Shown: positions 39,280 to 54,728 of the stretch, piece by piece
How positions within the stretch are numbered: position 1 is the first letter of the stretch
How the letters are laid out: each line of letters opens with the position of its first letter
Notes under the pieces: generated by a model
Database searches by the model: none
Told to the model about the DNA's origin: nothing
The model's input: only the letters and a program-made list of their open reading frames with translations
Program-made: the position numbers and the translations under genes
Assembly (NCBI GenBank): GCA_009914755.4
Contig: CP068257.2
Span: forward strand, 23,232,001 to 23,296,000
Origin: the human T2T-CHM13v2.0 reference genome, Homo sapiens
Direction of reading: 5' to 3'
Length of the DNA stretch: 64,000 bases

Positions 39280-40060
39280 TATGTTTTTATTTTACCAGCT
39301 TTATTATATGGAGTAATTGACCCACACTAAGCTGCACTTATTGACAGTGTACACCTTGAGAAAATTTGACATATGCTTATATCTGGTGAAAGCATTTACT
39401 AAAATCAAGATTTCAGACACGTCAATAATTCCACAAAGTTTCTTCCTGCCTTTTTTAATCCCATCCTCCTACAATTCACCTCTATTCCAACCTCAGTCAA
39501 TCACTGATCTACTTTCTGCTACTACAGATTAGTTCAAATTTCCTGGTATATATTTGAATTCATATACTATGTATTCTTTTTTTTCTTCTGGATTCCTCAC
39601 TCAGCATATTTTCAGATTCATCCATATCGTAGTGTATAGTTGATTCATTTGACTATATGACTAGCATTCCATTGTATGTATGTACCATAATTTGTTCATC
39701 GGTACATATGGAAATGGACATTGGAATTGCTTCCAAATTTCATCTGTTACAAATAAAGCTATTATGAACTTTTCTTATAAATCTTTGTATGGATATATGC
39801 TTTCATTTTTCATGGGTAAAGTCTACCTAGGAATAGAATGGCTCGACTAAGTGGTAAATGTTTGCTTAGCCTTGTAAGAAACTGTCAAACTGTTTTCCAA
39901 AGTGGTTGTCTCATTTTGCTTACCGACAGATGTATCTAAGAGTTCCAGGGCACACTAGCACTTGGTAGGGTCAGTTCTTTTTTAAACGTGGGCCAATCTA
40001 ATTGATGTTTCTCATTGTGGTTTTAACTTTTATACCTGTAATAATGAATGAAGTTGAGCT
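39280..40060 (-). mobile_element. Old L1 (L1M-type) 3'-terminal fragment, about 780 bp, antisense, T-rich tail at the left
   Basis: Tail side 'aaaaatatgtttttattttaccagctttattatatggagtaattgacccacactaagctgcacttattgacagtgtacaccttgag' (antisense of the L1M 3' end '...ttgtacaccttaaatatatacaatttttatttgtcaattatacctcaataaagctgg'). Continues as '...ccattgtatgtatgtaccataatttgttcatcggtacatatggaaatggacattggaattgcttccaaatttcatctgttacaaataaagctattatgaac...ggtaaatgtttgcttagccttgtaagaaactgtcaaactgttttccaaagtggttgtctcattttgcttaccgacag...ctcattgtggttttaactt...gaagttgagcttc'. Confidence 0.6.
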
Positions 40061-40279
40061 TCTTTTTTTTTTAATTATACTTAAAGTTCTGAGATACGTG
40101 TGCAGAATGTGCAGGTCTGTTACATAGATATACACGTGCCATGATGGTTTGCTGCACCCATCAATCCATCATCGACATTAGGTATTTCTCCGAATGCTAT
40201 CCCTCCCCCAGGTCCCCACACTCCAATAGGCCCCAGTGTGTGAGCCCCTCCACCACGTGTCCATGTGTTCTCATTGTTC

Positions 40280-44090
<3,811 letters not shown>

Positions 44091-44153
44091 TATGAGGCTA
44101 GCTGGTTATTTTGCCCATTAGTTGATGCAGTTTCTTCATAGCATTGATGGTCT

Positions 44154-45457
<1,304 letters not shown>

Positions 45458-45701
45458 CTCCCCATCTTTGTGAATTTATCTACCTTTGGTCTTTGATGTT
45501 GGTGATCTTTCTGTGTCTGGATGTCCTTTTTGTTGATGTTGATGCTATTCCTGTTTGTTAGTTTTCGTTCTAACAGTCAGGCCCCTCTGCTGCAGGTCTG
45601 CTGGAGTTTGCTGGAGGTCCACTCCAGACCCTATTTGCCTGGGTATCACCAGCGGAGGATGAAGAACAGCAAAGATTGCTGCCTGCTCCTTCCTCTGCTG
45701 T

Positions 45702-45786
45702 ATGTTTTGCAAGTCCCCTCTTTAAAGAATATTGTTCCTCTTAATGAATCCTGAAAAGAAAGACCATTTAATACACATGACACTAC
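45702..45786 (+). repeat. Copy B of the 85-bp direct repeat (see 39171-39255), directly abutting the L1PA 5' truncation point
   Basis: See copy A. Begins 1-2 bp after the last recognisable L1 5'UTR base. Confidence 0.8.
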
Positions 45787-45789
45787 TAT

Positions 45790-46680
45790 AAAATATCATA
45801 TCACATCATCCTGTCAGGATGACTATTCTCTAAAAATAACCATACTAACAGAATCTCTTATACATAAATATAAGAGATAACAAGTGTTGGGGAGAGTTTG
45901 CAGAAAAGAGAACATATGTATGCTCTTGATAGGAATGTGGATTGATGCAGCTATTGTGGAAAACAGCATGAATGTTCCTAAAGAAATTAAAAATAGAACT
46001 ACCATATGACCCAGCAATCCCTTTTTGGGTATATATCCAAATTAAATGATATCATTATGTAGAAAAGATATCTTCCTTCCAATGTTTATTGCATCATTAT
46101 CCACAATTTTTAAGACATTGGAATCAATCTAAGTGTCCATGAATAGATGAATAGACAAATAAAACTGGTATATGTACAAAATGAGTACTATTCCGCTTTA
46201 AAAGAGGTGGAAATCCTCTTATTTGTGACATCATGGATGAACTTTGAGAACATTATTTCAAGTAAAATAAGCCAGGCACAGAAAGACAAATACTACATCA
46301 TAGATCCACTTACATGTAGAATCTAAATAAAATAAACTCTCAGAAAAAGAATATAATGCAGCATTTACCAGAGACCAACAGCATAGGTGAAGGGACTGGG
46401 GAGATATTGGTCAAAAGGCACCAAATTTGAGTTAGATGGCAGGAATAATTGCAAGAGATCTATTGTACACCACGCTGACTGTAGTTAATAACAATGCATT
46501 GTATACTTAAAAATCACTGAGAGAACCATGTTCTCACCACAAAAAATTTTGTAAGTATATGAGGTAATGCATATGTTAAATTGCTTGATTTAACCATTCT
46601 TCATTGTATCCATATATCAAAACACAATGCTGTACACCATAAATATATACAATTTTTACCAGGCATTTTAAAAATTAATT
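45790..46680 (+). mobile_element. Old L1 (L1M-type) ORF2-3'-end fragment, sense, ending in the characteristic L1M tail
   Basis: '...atcacatcatcctgtcaggatgactattctctaaaaataaccatactaacag...gataacaagtgttggggagagtttgcagaaaagagaacat...ggattgatgcagctattgtggaaaacagcatgaatgttcctaaagaaattaaaaatagaactaccatatgacccagcaatccc...' through to '...ccattcttcattgtatccatatatcaaaacacaatgctgtacaccataaatatatacaatttttaccaggcatttt' (L1M 3' terminus). Confidence 0.65.
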
Positions 46681-47469
46681 TTAAAAACTGAGAGCAGATT
46701 TGGAAAGTTAAAAACAGAAACATGTCTGCATTTATTCTGAAAGGAAAGAGAAGTAAATTGTTAAGTATCACTTAACTAAGAAAAATGAGAAAGCCTTTCA
46801 AAGAGCAAAAGTTTTAATTTTTTAATCTGCTCTTTTTCTGCCCTCTCTGGTTTTAATCAAATATTTTAAATGATTCCATTTTCTATCCTTTCAGCATTTA
46901 AAATTATGCTTTATTTTTTGAATATTTTAGTGTTTGTTCTAGAGTTTGCAATATACTCTAAATATAAAGCTAATCTGTGTATACTTTCAAATAATACTAT
47001 ATTATTTTACAGTTAATGCACACAACTTATAGCAGAGTATTACCATTTCCTCTCCCTTATAACAATGATGTCATTCATTTTATGTATACATATTCTATAA
47101 TCAATATATAATTGTGATTATGGCTTTGAATGCAAATTTATCTTTTGGATCAATTTAATTTTTTATTTATTTATTTTACCTTTGTTTATTCCTTCTGGGA
47201 CAGTATTCTTTTGTGTGTGTGTAGATCTGATTTTGTGTTCTAGATTATTTTTCTTCTCACTGAAGAATTTATTTTAACTTTTTTTTTAATAGTATGGGTC
47301 TTCTGTTGGCAATAAATTTCCTTGGTTTTAGGTTGTCAGAGAAAAGATTTCTTCATTTTTGAATAGTAATTTTCCTAGATATAGTATTCTAGTTTGGTAA
47401 ATTTTTTCCTTCATCGCTTTAAAAATGTTGCTCCAATTTTTCTTGTTGCCGTGGTCTTTTAAGAGAAGG

Positions 47470-47720
47470 CTGATGTGTGTGTGTGCTTGTGTGTGTGTGT
47501 ATATATATATTTATGGTGGTGAGTAAATTCTTTCAGAAGGTTTATTTGAAGGCTTCTATATATATATCACATATAGTATATAATATATATATCAGCCTTC
47601 AAAATACATATATATAAAGTATATATATAACTGTTCCTTATTTCTCTGATATATATGGTATATATCATATATATATCAGCCATTTATATATATATAAATA
47701 TATATTTTTATTAACTTTCC
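47470..47720. repeat. Compound (TG)n/(TA)n microsatellite with short inverted and direct repeats
   Basis: 'tgtgtgtgtgtgcttgtgtgtgtgtgtatatatatat'; 'ttgaaggcttctatatatatatcacatatagtatataatatatatatcagccttcaaaa' (inverted repeat gaaggct/agccttc around an AT core); 'ttccttatttctct' repeated at 47634 and 47708. Confidence 0.7.
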
Positions 47721-49084
47721 TTATTTCTCTATAGTAAGGTGTATTGTTTTCTACTTGCTGCTTTCAAGATTTTGTCTTTGTCCTTAGTTTTCAATAATCT
47801 GAATTTGCTATAACCAAAAACAGCTTTGGATTTTTTTTTTTTTTTTGCTTTATTTTTGGTATTTATCCTGCTTAGTGTTCACTGAGATTCTTGCTCTATG
47901 GTTTGGTGTCTATCATTACTTTTAGAAGCTTCTCAGCCATTATTACTTCAAATATTCTTCCTCCCTTCTCTGTCTTCTCATTCTCATCTACTACTCCTAT
48001 TACATATATGCTGAATATTTTGAGATAGTCTGCAGATCTTGAAATTTCTATTGTGTAGCTTTTTAAAATTAATTTTTCTTTTAATTTCTGTTCAAAAATT
48101 TATATTGATAGATCTTCATTCTTTCTTCAGCCATGTCCAGCTTGCTGATGAGCTCATCAAAGCATTTCTGCATTTCTGTTAGCATTTTTTTATTCCTAGA
48201 ATCTCTTTTTAATTCTTTCTTAAATTTTCTTTATCTTTACATTATTTACCTGTTAGTACATGTTGTCTACTTTTCTCATTAGAGACTTTTACATATTAAT
48301 CATAGTTATTTTAAATTCTGTCTGATAATTCCAAAATCTGTATCATATATGAGTCTTGTTCTGTTCGTTTTATATCTTCAGACATTTTTTTCCTGTCTTT
48401 TGGCAAGACTTAAACTTTTTTGTTTAAAGCCAACATGATGTATTGGGCAAAAGGAACAGAGCTCTGTAAGCAGTCCTTTATTTTGAGGTGTGACATCAAT
48501 CTGACTAGGATTTGGGCTAATTTTAAAGTCTCTTGTAGCTATACGTTTCAGTCTTTTATTTCCTCTAATATCCTTGTTCTTGTCATTTGTTTTATCTTTG
48601 AGTTTCCCTAAAAACTCCTTCTTAAGTAGAATGTGCACCTGACAGCTCTTTCAGCTGTAATCTACTTTTATTATACAGGAACCCTGTTGATATGACGGGA
48701 GGGTGGAAGAGAGGGGAAGCATTTTATAATCTTATTATCAAATCTTGGTAGTAATGTTATATTCCCATCCTGATATTGACAACATGTGTCTACTCTCTTT
48801 TTGTTTTGGTCAGTCTAGCTAGACGTTTATCATCAATCTATATTTTTAAAAAACTAGCTTTTGGTTTCTTTTATTTTTCTATTGTTTTTCTGTTTTTTAC
48901 TTCACTAATTTTCATGCTGATCTTTATAATTTCTTTTATCTTCCTACTTTATGTTTAATTTGCTCTTCTTTTTTAGTTCTTTAATAAGAAGATAAAGACC
49001 ATGATTTATGAAGTTTCTTCTTTCCTAGTATAGGTATACAGTGTTATAAATTTCCAATTAAACACAGTTTTTGTCACATCTCAC

Positions 49085-49182
49085 AGATTTTTATATATCT
49101 GTATTATATTAATTATATTATATTATATTATATTATATTATTATATTATATTATATTATATTATGTTATATTTTTTCAACTT
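49085..49182. repeat. (TATTA)n pentanucleotide microsatellite, about 19 units
   Basis: 'attatattaattatattatattatattatattatattattatattatattatattatattatgttatatt', immediately at the tail end of the adjacent antisense L1. Confidence 0.9.
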
Positions 49183-49812
49183 TTAAGTTCCATGGTACAT
49201 GTGCAGGATGTGCAAGTTTTTTACATAGGTAAACATGTGCCAGTATTGTTTGCTGCACAGATCAACCCATCACCTAGGTATTAAGCCCAGCATCAATTAG
49301 TTATTCTTCCTGTTGCTCTCCCTCCTCCCACACCTCCACCCCTGACAGGCCCCAGCGTATGCTGTTCCTGCTCATGTGTTCTCATCATGCAACTCCCAGT
49401 TGTAAGTGAGAATATGTGATTTTTGGTCTTCTGTTACTGCATTTTCAGTTTACTGAGGATAATGGCTTCCAGCTCCATCCATGTCCCTGCAAAGGACATG
49501 ATCTCATTCTTTTTTATGGCTGCATAGTATTCCAGAGTGTATATGTACCATATTTTCTTTATCCAATCTATGATTGATGAGCATTTAGATAGGTTCCATG
49601 TCTTTGCTATTGTGAATAGTGCTACAGTGAATATACACGTGCATGAATCTTTATAATAGAATGATTTATATTCCTTTGGGTATGTATCCAGTAATGGGAA
49701 ACCTGGGCCAAATGGTATTTCTGCTTCTAGATCTTTGAGGAATCACCACATTGTCTTCCACAATAATTAGACTAATTTACACTCCCACCAACAGTGTAAA
49801 ATATTGCTTTCT
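49183..49812 (-). mobile_element. Older L1 (L1P-type) 3'-terminal fragment, about 630 bp, antisense
   Basis: 'ttttttcaacttttaagttccatggtacatgtgcaggatgtgcaagttttttacataggtaaacatgtgccagtattgtttgctgcacagatcaacccatcacctagg...ggcttccagctccatccatgtccctgcaaaggacatgatctcattc...ctttataatagaatgatttatattcctttgggtatgtatccagtaatggga...ttacactcccaccaacagtgtaaaatattgctttctccacaa'. Confidence 0.85.
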
Positions 49813-52303
49813 CCACAACGTCACCAGAATCTGTTGTATTTTGTGTGCCTTTATTTTAATTGAATTTGAAATACTTTCTATTTTTTTGACACATGGATTA
49901 TTGTGTTATTTATGTACAAATATGTGGATATCTCCTAGAGAATTTTTTATGAATTTCTAATTTAAATCTATTGTGGTTATATTGCAGGACATATATTGTA
50001 TGATTTCAATGCATTTAGATACATTGAGAGTTATTTTATGGCCTGCTCACTTGATTTGATTCTGTTTTCTCTCTGAGTTTCATGTAAGACAGTTTTTCTT
50101 GCTATAAACCTTTGAACCTCTCTTTTTAGGTCCACAAACCTTTCATTTTGCAGTGTATAATTTGCTGTAATACCACCGAGGATATTTTTCACTTACCCAA
50201 TTGCTTTTATCACTACAAGTTCTGAGTCTGTTTAATGGCATCTATGTGTCTTTGAACATATGAGGTAGAGTTGTATTTGTTTCCATATGCTTGTCCGTTA
50301 ATTCTAAAACCTCTGTCCGTTCTGCATTCATTTTGATTGATTGATTTGTCTCTATTAGTAGTCATATTTCCCTGCCTCTTTATATGTCTGATGATTTTTA
50401 TTAGATTTCAGTTACTGTGAATTTTATCTGGGTAATTGATATTTTTATATTTTATAAATATTTTCTTCTAGGAAGTGGTCAAGTATCAGGGGAGTCATTT
50501 GATCCTTTTTGTCTTTTTGGAAGAGTTTTAGGCAGAATTGGCACAGTGCTCAGTGTAGGGCTAATTATTCTGCACTATTGAGGCAAGACCATTCTGTGAC
50601 CTCTACCCAACGCAACATGATTCATGAGGTTGTCTGGGATGCTTGGTGGAAACATCACTATTCCCAGCCCTCTTACCATTAATCCTTTAGGTGATTTTTT
50701 TCCCTAGCCTTGGATTGTTTTCTTACACTTGAGTGCTAATCAGTATTCTGCTGAGCACTTGACAGGGAAACTCTACAGGTTCCCAAATTTCTCTTTAAAC
50801 TTTGCAGTTCTATAATTACCAGTACTCAGCCCTACAAATGTTAGGTCCTCTGTTCCTCTCCGACTGTCAGTTCTGTTTTCTCAATTCAGAGAGAACTCTG
50901 GTCTCCAACTGGATTAACTTTTCTTCACCGTGGCCTCAGAACTGTCATAAAGCAGTAACCATGGACAACCATAACGCTCCCCTCATTTGCTTCCCATTTC
51001 TGAAGAATCACTACTCTTTGTTGCTAAATTTTTAGTGCCTTAAAAATTATTGTTTTATATTATTTTAGTTTTTTGTTGTTGTTATTTTAGTCAGGAGGGT
51101 AAATCAAGTCCTCTTTTCTTCATCCTGACTGAAAGCAAAGTCTCTGATAGTAGTATTATCAAATACATTAAATTTTGAAATAATTTTGTATACTTTATTA
51201 AAACTTTGAGATTTAATCACTTTGAGATTATTACAATGTAATATATATGCCCTAAGAACTGTGGGGAAACTTCAAGTAATTTAATATAGACAATTCTGTT
51301 ATCTGAAAATTCTGAAACCAAACATTTAAGTGAGAAGCAAGAAGAAAACTCAATACAGCACAAAGTAGAGTATAATAAGTTTTGTTTTGTTCTTCACTTT
51401 AGCTTTTTGGATATACGTGCTCTAAAATAAAGTGTTTTGTTTTTCTATTCCAATTTTAGTATAATGCTTAATGCCTGAGAAAAAACTGGATAGATTACAA
51501 GCAAAATAGAACCTTAGCTTGGAGAAGGAAATCTTGATAAACACTTTTATTATTTTTATTTTTCTGAGACAAACATCTTAACTCTTCTTTAAAAATTGGT
51601 TAGTGGTACTTAACTGATGAAGAGGGCTCTCAAAATAGAGGAAAACAGTTATCCTACCACTGTGAACATTTTTCTTTCATACAGTGCAATGTAACTTTTT
51701 TCACTCTTTTTAAAAATTAAAATAAAATTCAAAGTCATTACCATTAGTTAGAACCACGGGAAATAGCCTCCCAGTCAGACAGATGGCTCAACAAGCTTCT
51801 TAATGATGGTATTTTCCATTCTGGATTTCTCCACATAGAGACCAAAAAGGAAAACAAAGCAAAAACCCCAGGATATCTGATTCAAAATTGGAATAGAAAA
51901 TTTCAATAAAGAATAAGAAACATTGGCATGTATTTCAGAATGCACTTTAGAATCATTTCTTGCCTGCCCGTTTCCACCTTATTTCAGGTCTTCATTACTT
52001 TTCATATGAATTCTGTACTAGCCTTCTAGGTATTCCCAATTCCTGACATTCACAGCTCCAAATTGTTTTTCAAACTTCTGATAGCATAAGTTTCACATGG
52101 CCCAATTTCCATAACTTTCAAGTCCCTGTGTATAAGCATTCAAGGTGGATTGATTTAATTGTCACAGCTAATCAAAATTTAATGCCTGTTTTTAAGAAAC
52201 TTGTCTTCAACTTTCATCTAAACTTGTTTGTTCTTTATCTCCAAAATAAGCCACTAGTCTACTCATGTCGGACTTAATCTAACAGCCCTATTAATTACCC
52301 CAC

Positions 52304-52713
52304 TGATATGGCTTGGATCTGTGCCTGTACAAATTGCAATTCCAATTATAATACCCAGTGTTGGAGGAGGGGCCTGTTGGGAGGTGGTTGTATTGTATGG
52401 GGCAGATTTCCCACTTGGTGCTTTTCTCATGATCCAGTGAGTTATCATGAGATCTCGTTGTTTCAAAGTGTGTAGCACCTCCCCCACCCCTCTCTCTTGC
52501 TCCTACTCTGGCAAGTAAAATGTCCCTGCTTCCCCTTCACCTTCTGCCATGATTGTAAGTTTCCTGAGGCCTCCCCAGAAGTCAAGCAGATGCCAGCGTC
52601 ATGCATCTTGTCCAGCCTGCCAAACTGTGAGCCAATTAAACCTCTTTTCTTTATAAATTACCTGGTCTCAGGTATTTCTTTATAGCAATGAGAGAACAAT
52701 TCAATACAAAAAA
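52304..52713 (+). mobile_element. MaLR (MST/THE1-class) 5' LTR of a full-length element
   Basis: 'tgatatggcttggatctgtgcctgtacaaattgcaattccaattataatacccagtgttggaggaggggcctgttgggaggtggttg...ccatgattgtaagtttcctgaggcctccccagaagtcaagcagatgccagcgtcatgcatcttgtccagcctgccaaactgtgagccaattaaacctcttttctttataaattacctggtctcaggtatttctttatagcaatgagagaacaattcaatacaa'. Confidence 0.88.
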
Positions 52714-54328
52714 TTGGTATCAGGGGTGGAGTATTTCTATAAAGATACCTGAAAACATGGAAGCATCTTTGGAACTGGATAACAGGTAGAGGCTGGAAGA
52801 GTATGGAGGGCTCAGAAGAAGACAGGAAGAAGAGGGAAAATTTGGAACTTCCTAGAGAGTTGTTAAATTTTTGTGACCAAAATGCCAATAGTGATACCAA
52901 CAATGAAGTCCAGGCTGAGGACGTCTCAAATGGGAATGAGGAACTTATTGGGAACTGGAGCAAAGGACACATTTGTTACACCTTGGCAAAGACCTTGGTT
53001 GGATTGTTCCCCTGCCCTAGGGATCTGTGGAACTTTGACCTTGAGAGTGATGATTTAGGGTAACTGGCAGAAGAAATTTCTAACCATCGAAGTGTTCAAG
53101 TTGTGACCTGGCTATGTCTAACAACTTATGCTAACATGAGTGAGCAAAAAAATGACCTGAAACTGGAACTTATATTTAAAAAAGAAGCAAAGCATACAAA
53201 TTTGGAAAATTTACAGCCCAATAGAAAAGAAAAGTCTGTTTTCAGGGGAAGAGTTCAAGCTTGCTTCAGAAATTTGGATAAGTAAAAAGGAGCCAAGTGC
53301 TAATATCCAGGACAAAGGGGAAAAGGCCTTGAAGACATTTTAGGGACCTTCAGGGCAGCCCCTCCCATCACAGGCCTGAAGATTTAGAATGAAAGAATGG
53401 TTTGGGGTGCCAGGTCCAGTGCCCCACTGCCCTGAGCAGCATAAGGACATCACTCTCTGTGTGCCCACTGCTCTAGTCTCAGCTGTGGCTCAAAGGGACC
53501 CAGGCACAGCTTGGACCACTGCAAACCATAAATCTTGATGGCTTCCATGTGGTGTTAAGCCTGCAAGTGCACAAAATTTAAGAGTTGAGGCTTGGGAGCT
53601 TCTGCCTCAATTTCAGATGATGTATGGAAAAGCCTGGATGTCTAGACAGAAGCCTGCTGCATGGGCAGAGCCCTCATGGGGAACCTCTATGAGGGCACTG
53701 TGGAGGGGAAATGTGGGGTTGGATCCCCCACATAGAGTCCCCACTGGAGCACTGCCTGGTGGTGCAGTGAGAAGAGACCCATCATCCTCCAGACCCCAGA
53801 ATTGTAGACCCACTGGCAGTTTGCACCCTGCACCTGGGAGAGCCACAGGCATTCAACAACAGCCCATGACAGTAAACATGAGGGCTGAACCCTGAAAAGC
53901 CATAAAGGTGGAGCTTCCCAAGGCCTTGGGAGCTCACCTCTGGCCCCTGTGTGTCCTGGATGGAGACATGGAGTCAAAGGAGATTATTTTGAAGCTTTAC
54001 GGATTAATAACTGCCCTGCTGGGTTTCAGACTTGCATGGGGCCTGTATCCCTTTTGATTTGGCCAATTTCTTCCTTTTGGAACAAGAGTATTTGCCTAAT
54101 GCCTATAGCCCCATTTTATCTTGGGAGTAACTAACTTTTTTTTTATTTTTTTTATTTTACAGGCTCATAGGCCAACGGGGCTAGCCTTGTCTTAGATGAG
54201 ACTTTGGACTTTGGTCTTTTGAGTTAGTGCTAGAATGAGTTAAGATTTTGGGGGACTGTTGGGAGGGTATGACTGCATATTGCAAAGTGAGAAAGACATG
54301 AGATTTGGGAAGGACAATGGATGGAATG
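52714..54328 (+). mobile_element. MaLR (THE1/MST-int-like) internal region, about 1.6 kb, non-coding and degenerate
   Basis: 'aaaattggtatcaggggtggagtatttctataaagatacctgaaaacatggaagcatctttggaactggataacaggtagaggctggaagagtatggagggctcagaagaagacaggaaga...gaacttcctagagagttgttaaatttttgtgaccaaaatgccaatagtgata...caggctgaggacgtctcaaatgggaatgaggaacttattgggaactggagcaaagg...ttacaggctcataggccaacggggctagccttgtcttagatgagactttggactttgg...' is collinear with the MaLR internal consensus as I recall it. Confidence 0.8.
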
Positions 54329-54728
54329 ATATGGTTTGGATCTGTGTCCCTGCTCAAATCTCAGTCAAATTATAATCACCAATTTCAGAGGTGGGGCCTG
54401 GTGGTAGGTGGTTTGATCATGGGGGCATACTTCCCCCTTGGTGCTGTTCTCATGATATGGGTGAGTTGTGAGATCTGGTTGTTTAAAAGTGTATAGTACC
54501 TCCCCTGTCTCTCTGTTGCTCCTGCTCTGGTTATGTAAGATGTGCCTGCTTCCTCTTCACCTTCTGACATGATTGTAAGTTTCCTGAGGCCTCCCCAGAA
54601 GCCAAGCAGATGTCAGCATTATGCATCCTGTACAGCCTGTGAAGCCATGAGCCAATTAAAACTCTTTTCTTTATAAATTACCTAGTCTCAGGTGCTTATT
54701 TATAGCAATGCAAGAATGACCCAATACA
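54329..54728 (+). mobile_element. MaLR (MST/THE1-class) 3' LTR of the same element
   Basis: 'tgatatggtttggatctgtgtccctgctcaaatctcagtcaaattataatcaccaatttcagaggtggggcctggtggtaggtggtttgatcatgggggcatacttcccccttggtgctgttctcatgatatgg...catgattgtaagtttcctgaggcctccccagaagccaagcagatgtcagcattatgcatcctgtacagcctgtgaagccatgagccaattaaaactcttttctttataaattacctagtctcaggtgcttatttatagcaatgcaagaatgacccaatacag'. Both LTRs share the lineage-specific 'ccagaag(t/c)caagcagatg(c/t)cagc' segment. Possible 5-bp TSD 'cccac' (52299-52303) and 'gccac' (54728-54732). Confidence 0.88.

Noticed and set aside
49085-49182. CRISPR-like regular repeat
   Set aside because: This is a pure (TATTA)n microsatellite with a 5-bp period and no unique spacers. 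The same holds for the 13-16 bp A-rich array at 58748-58845.
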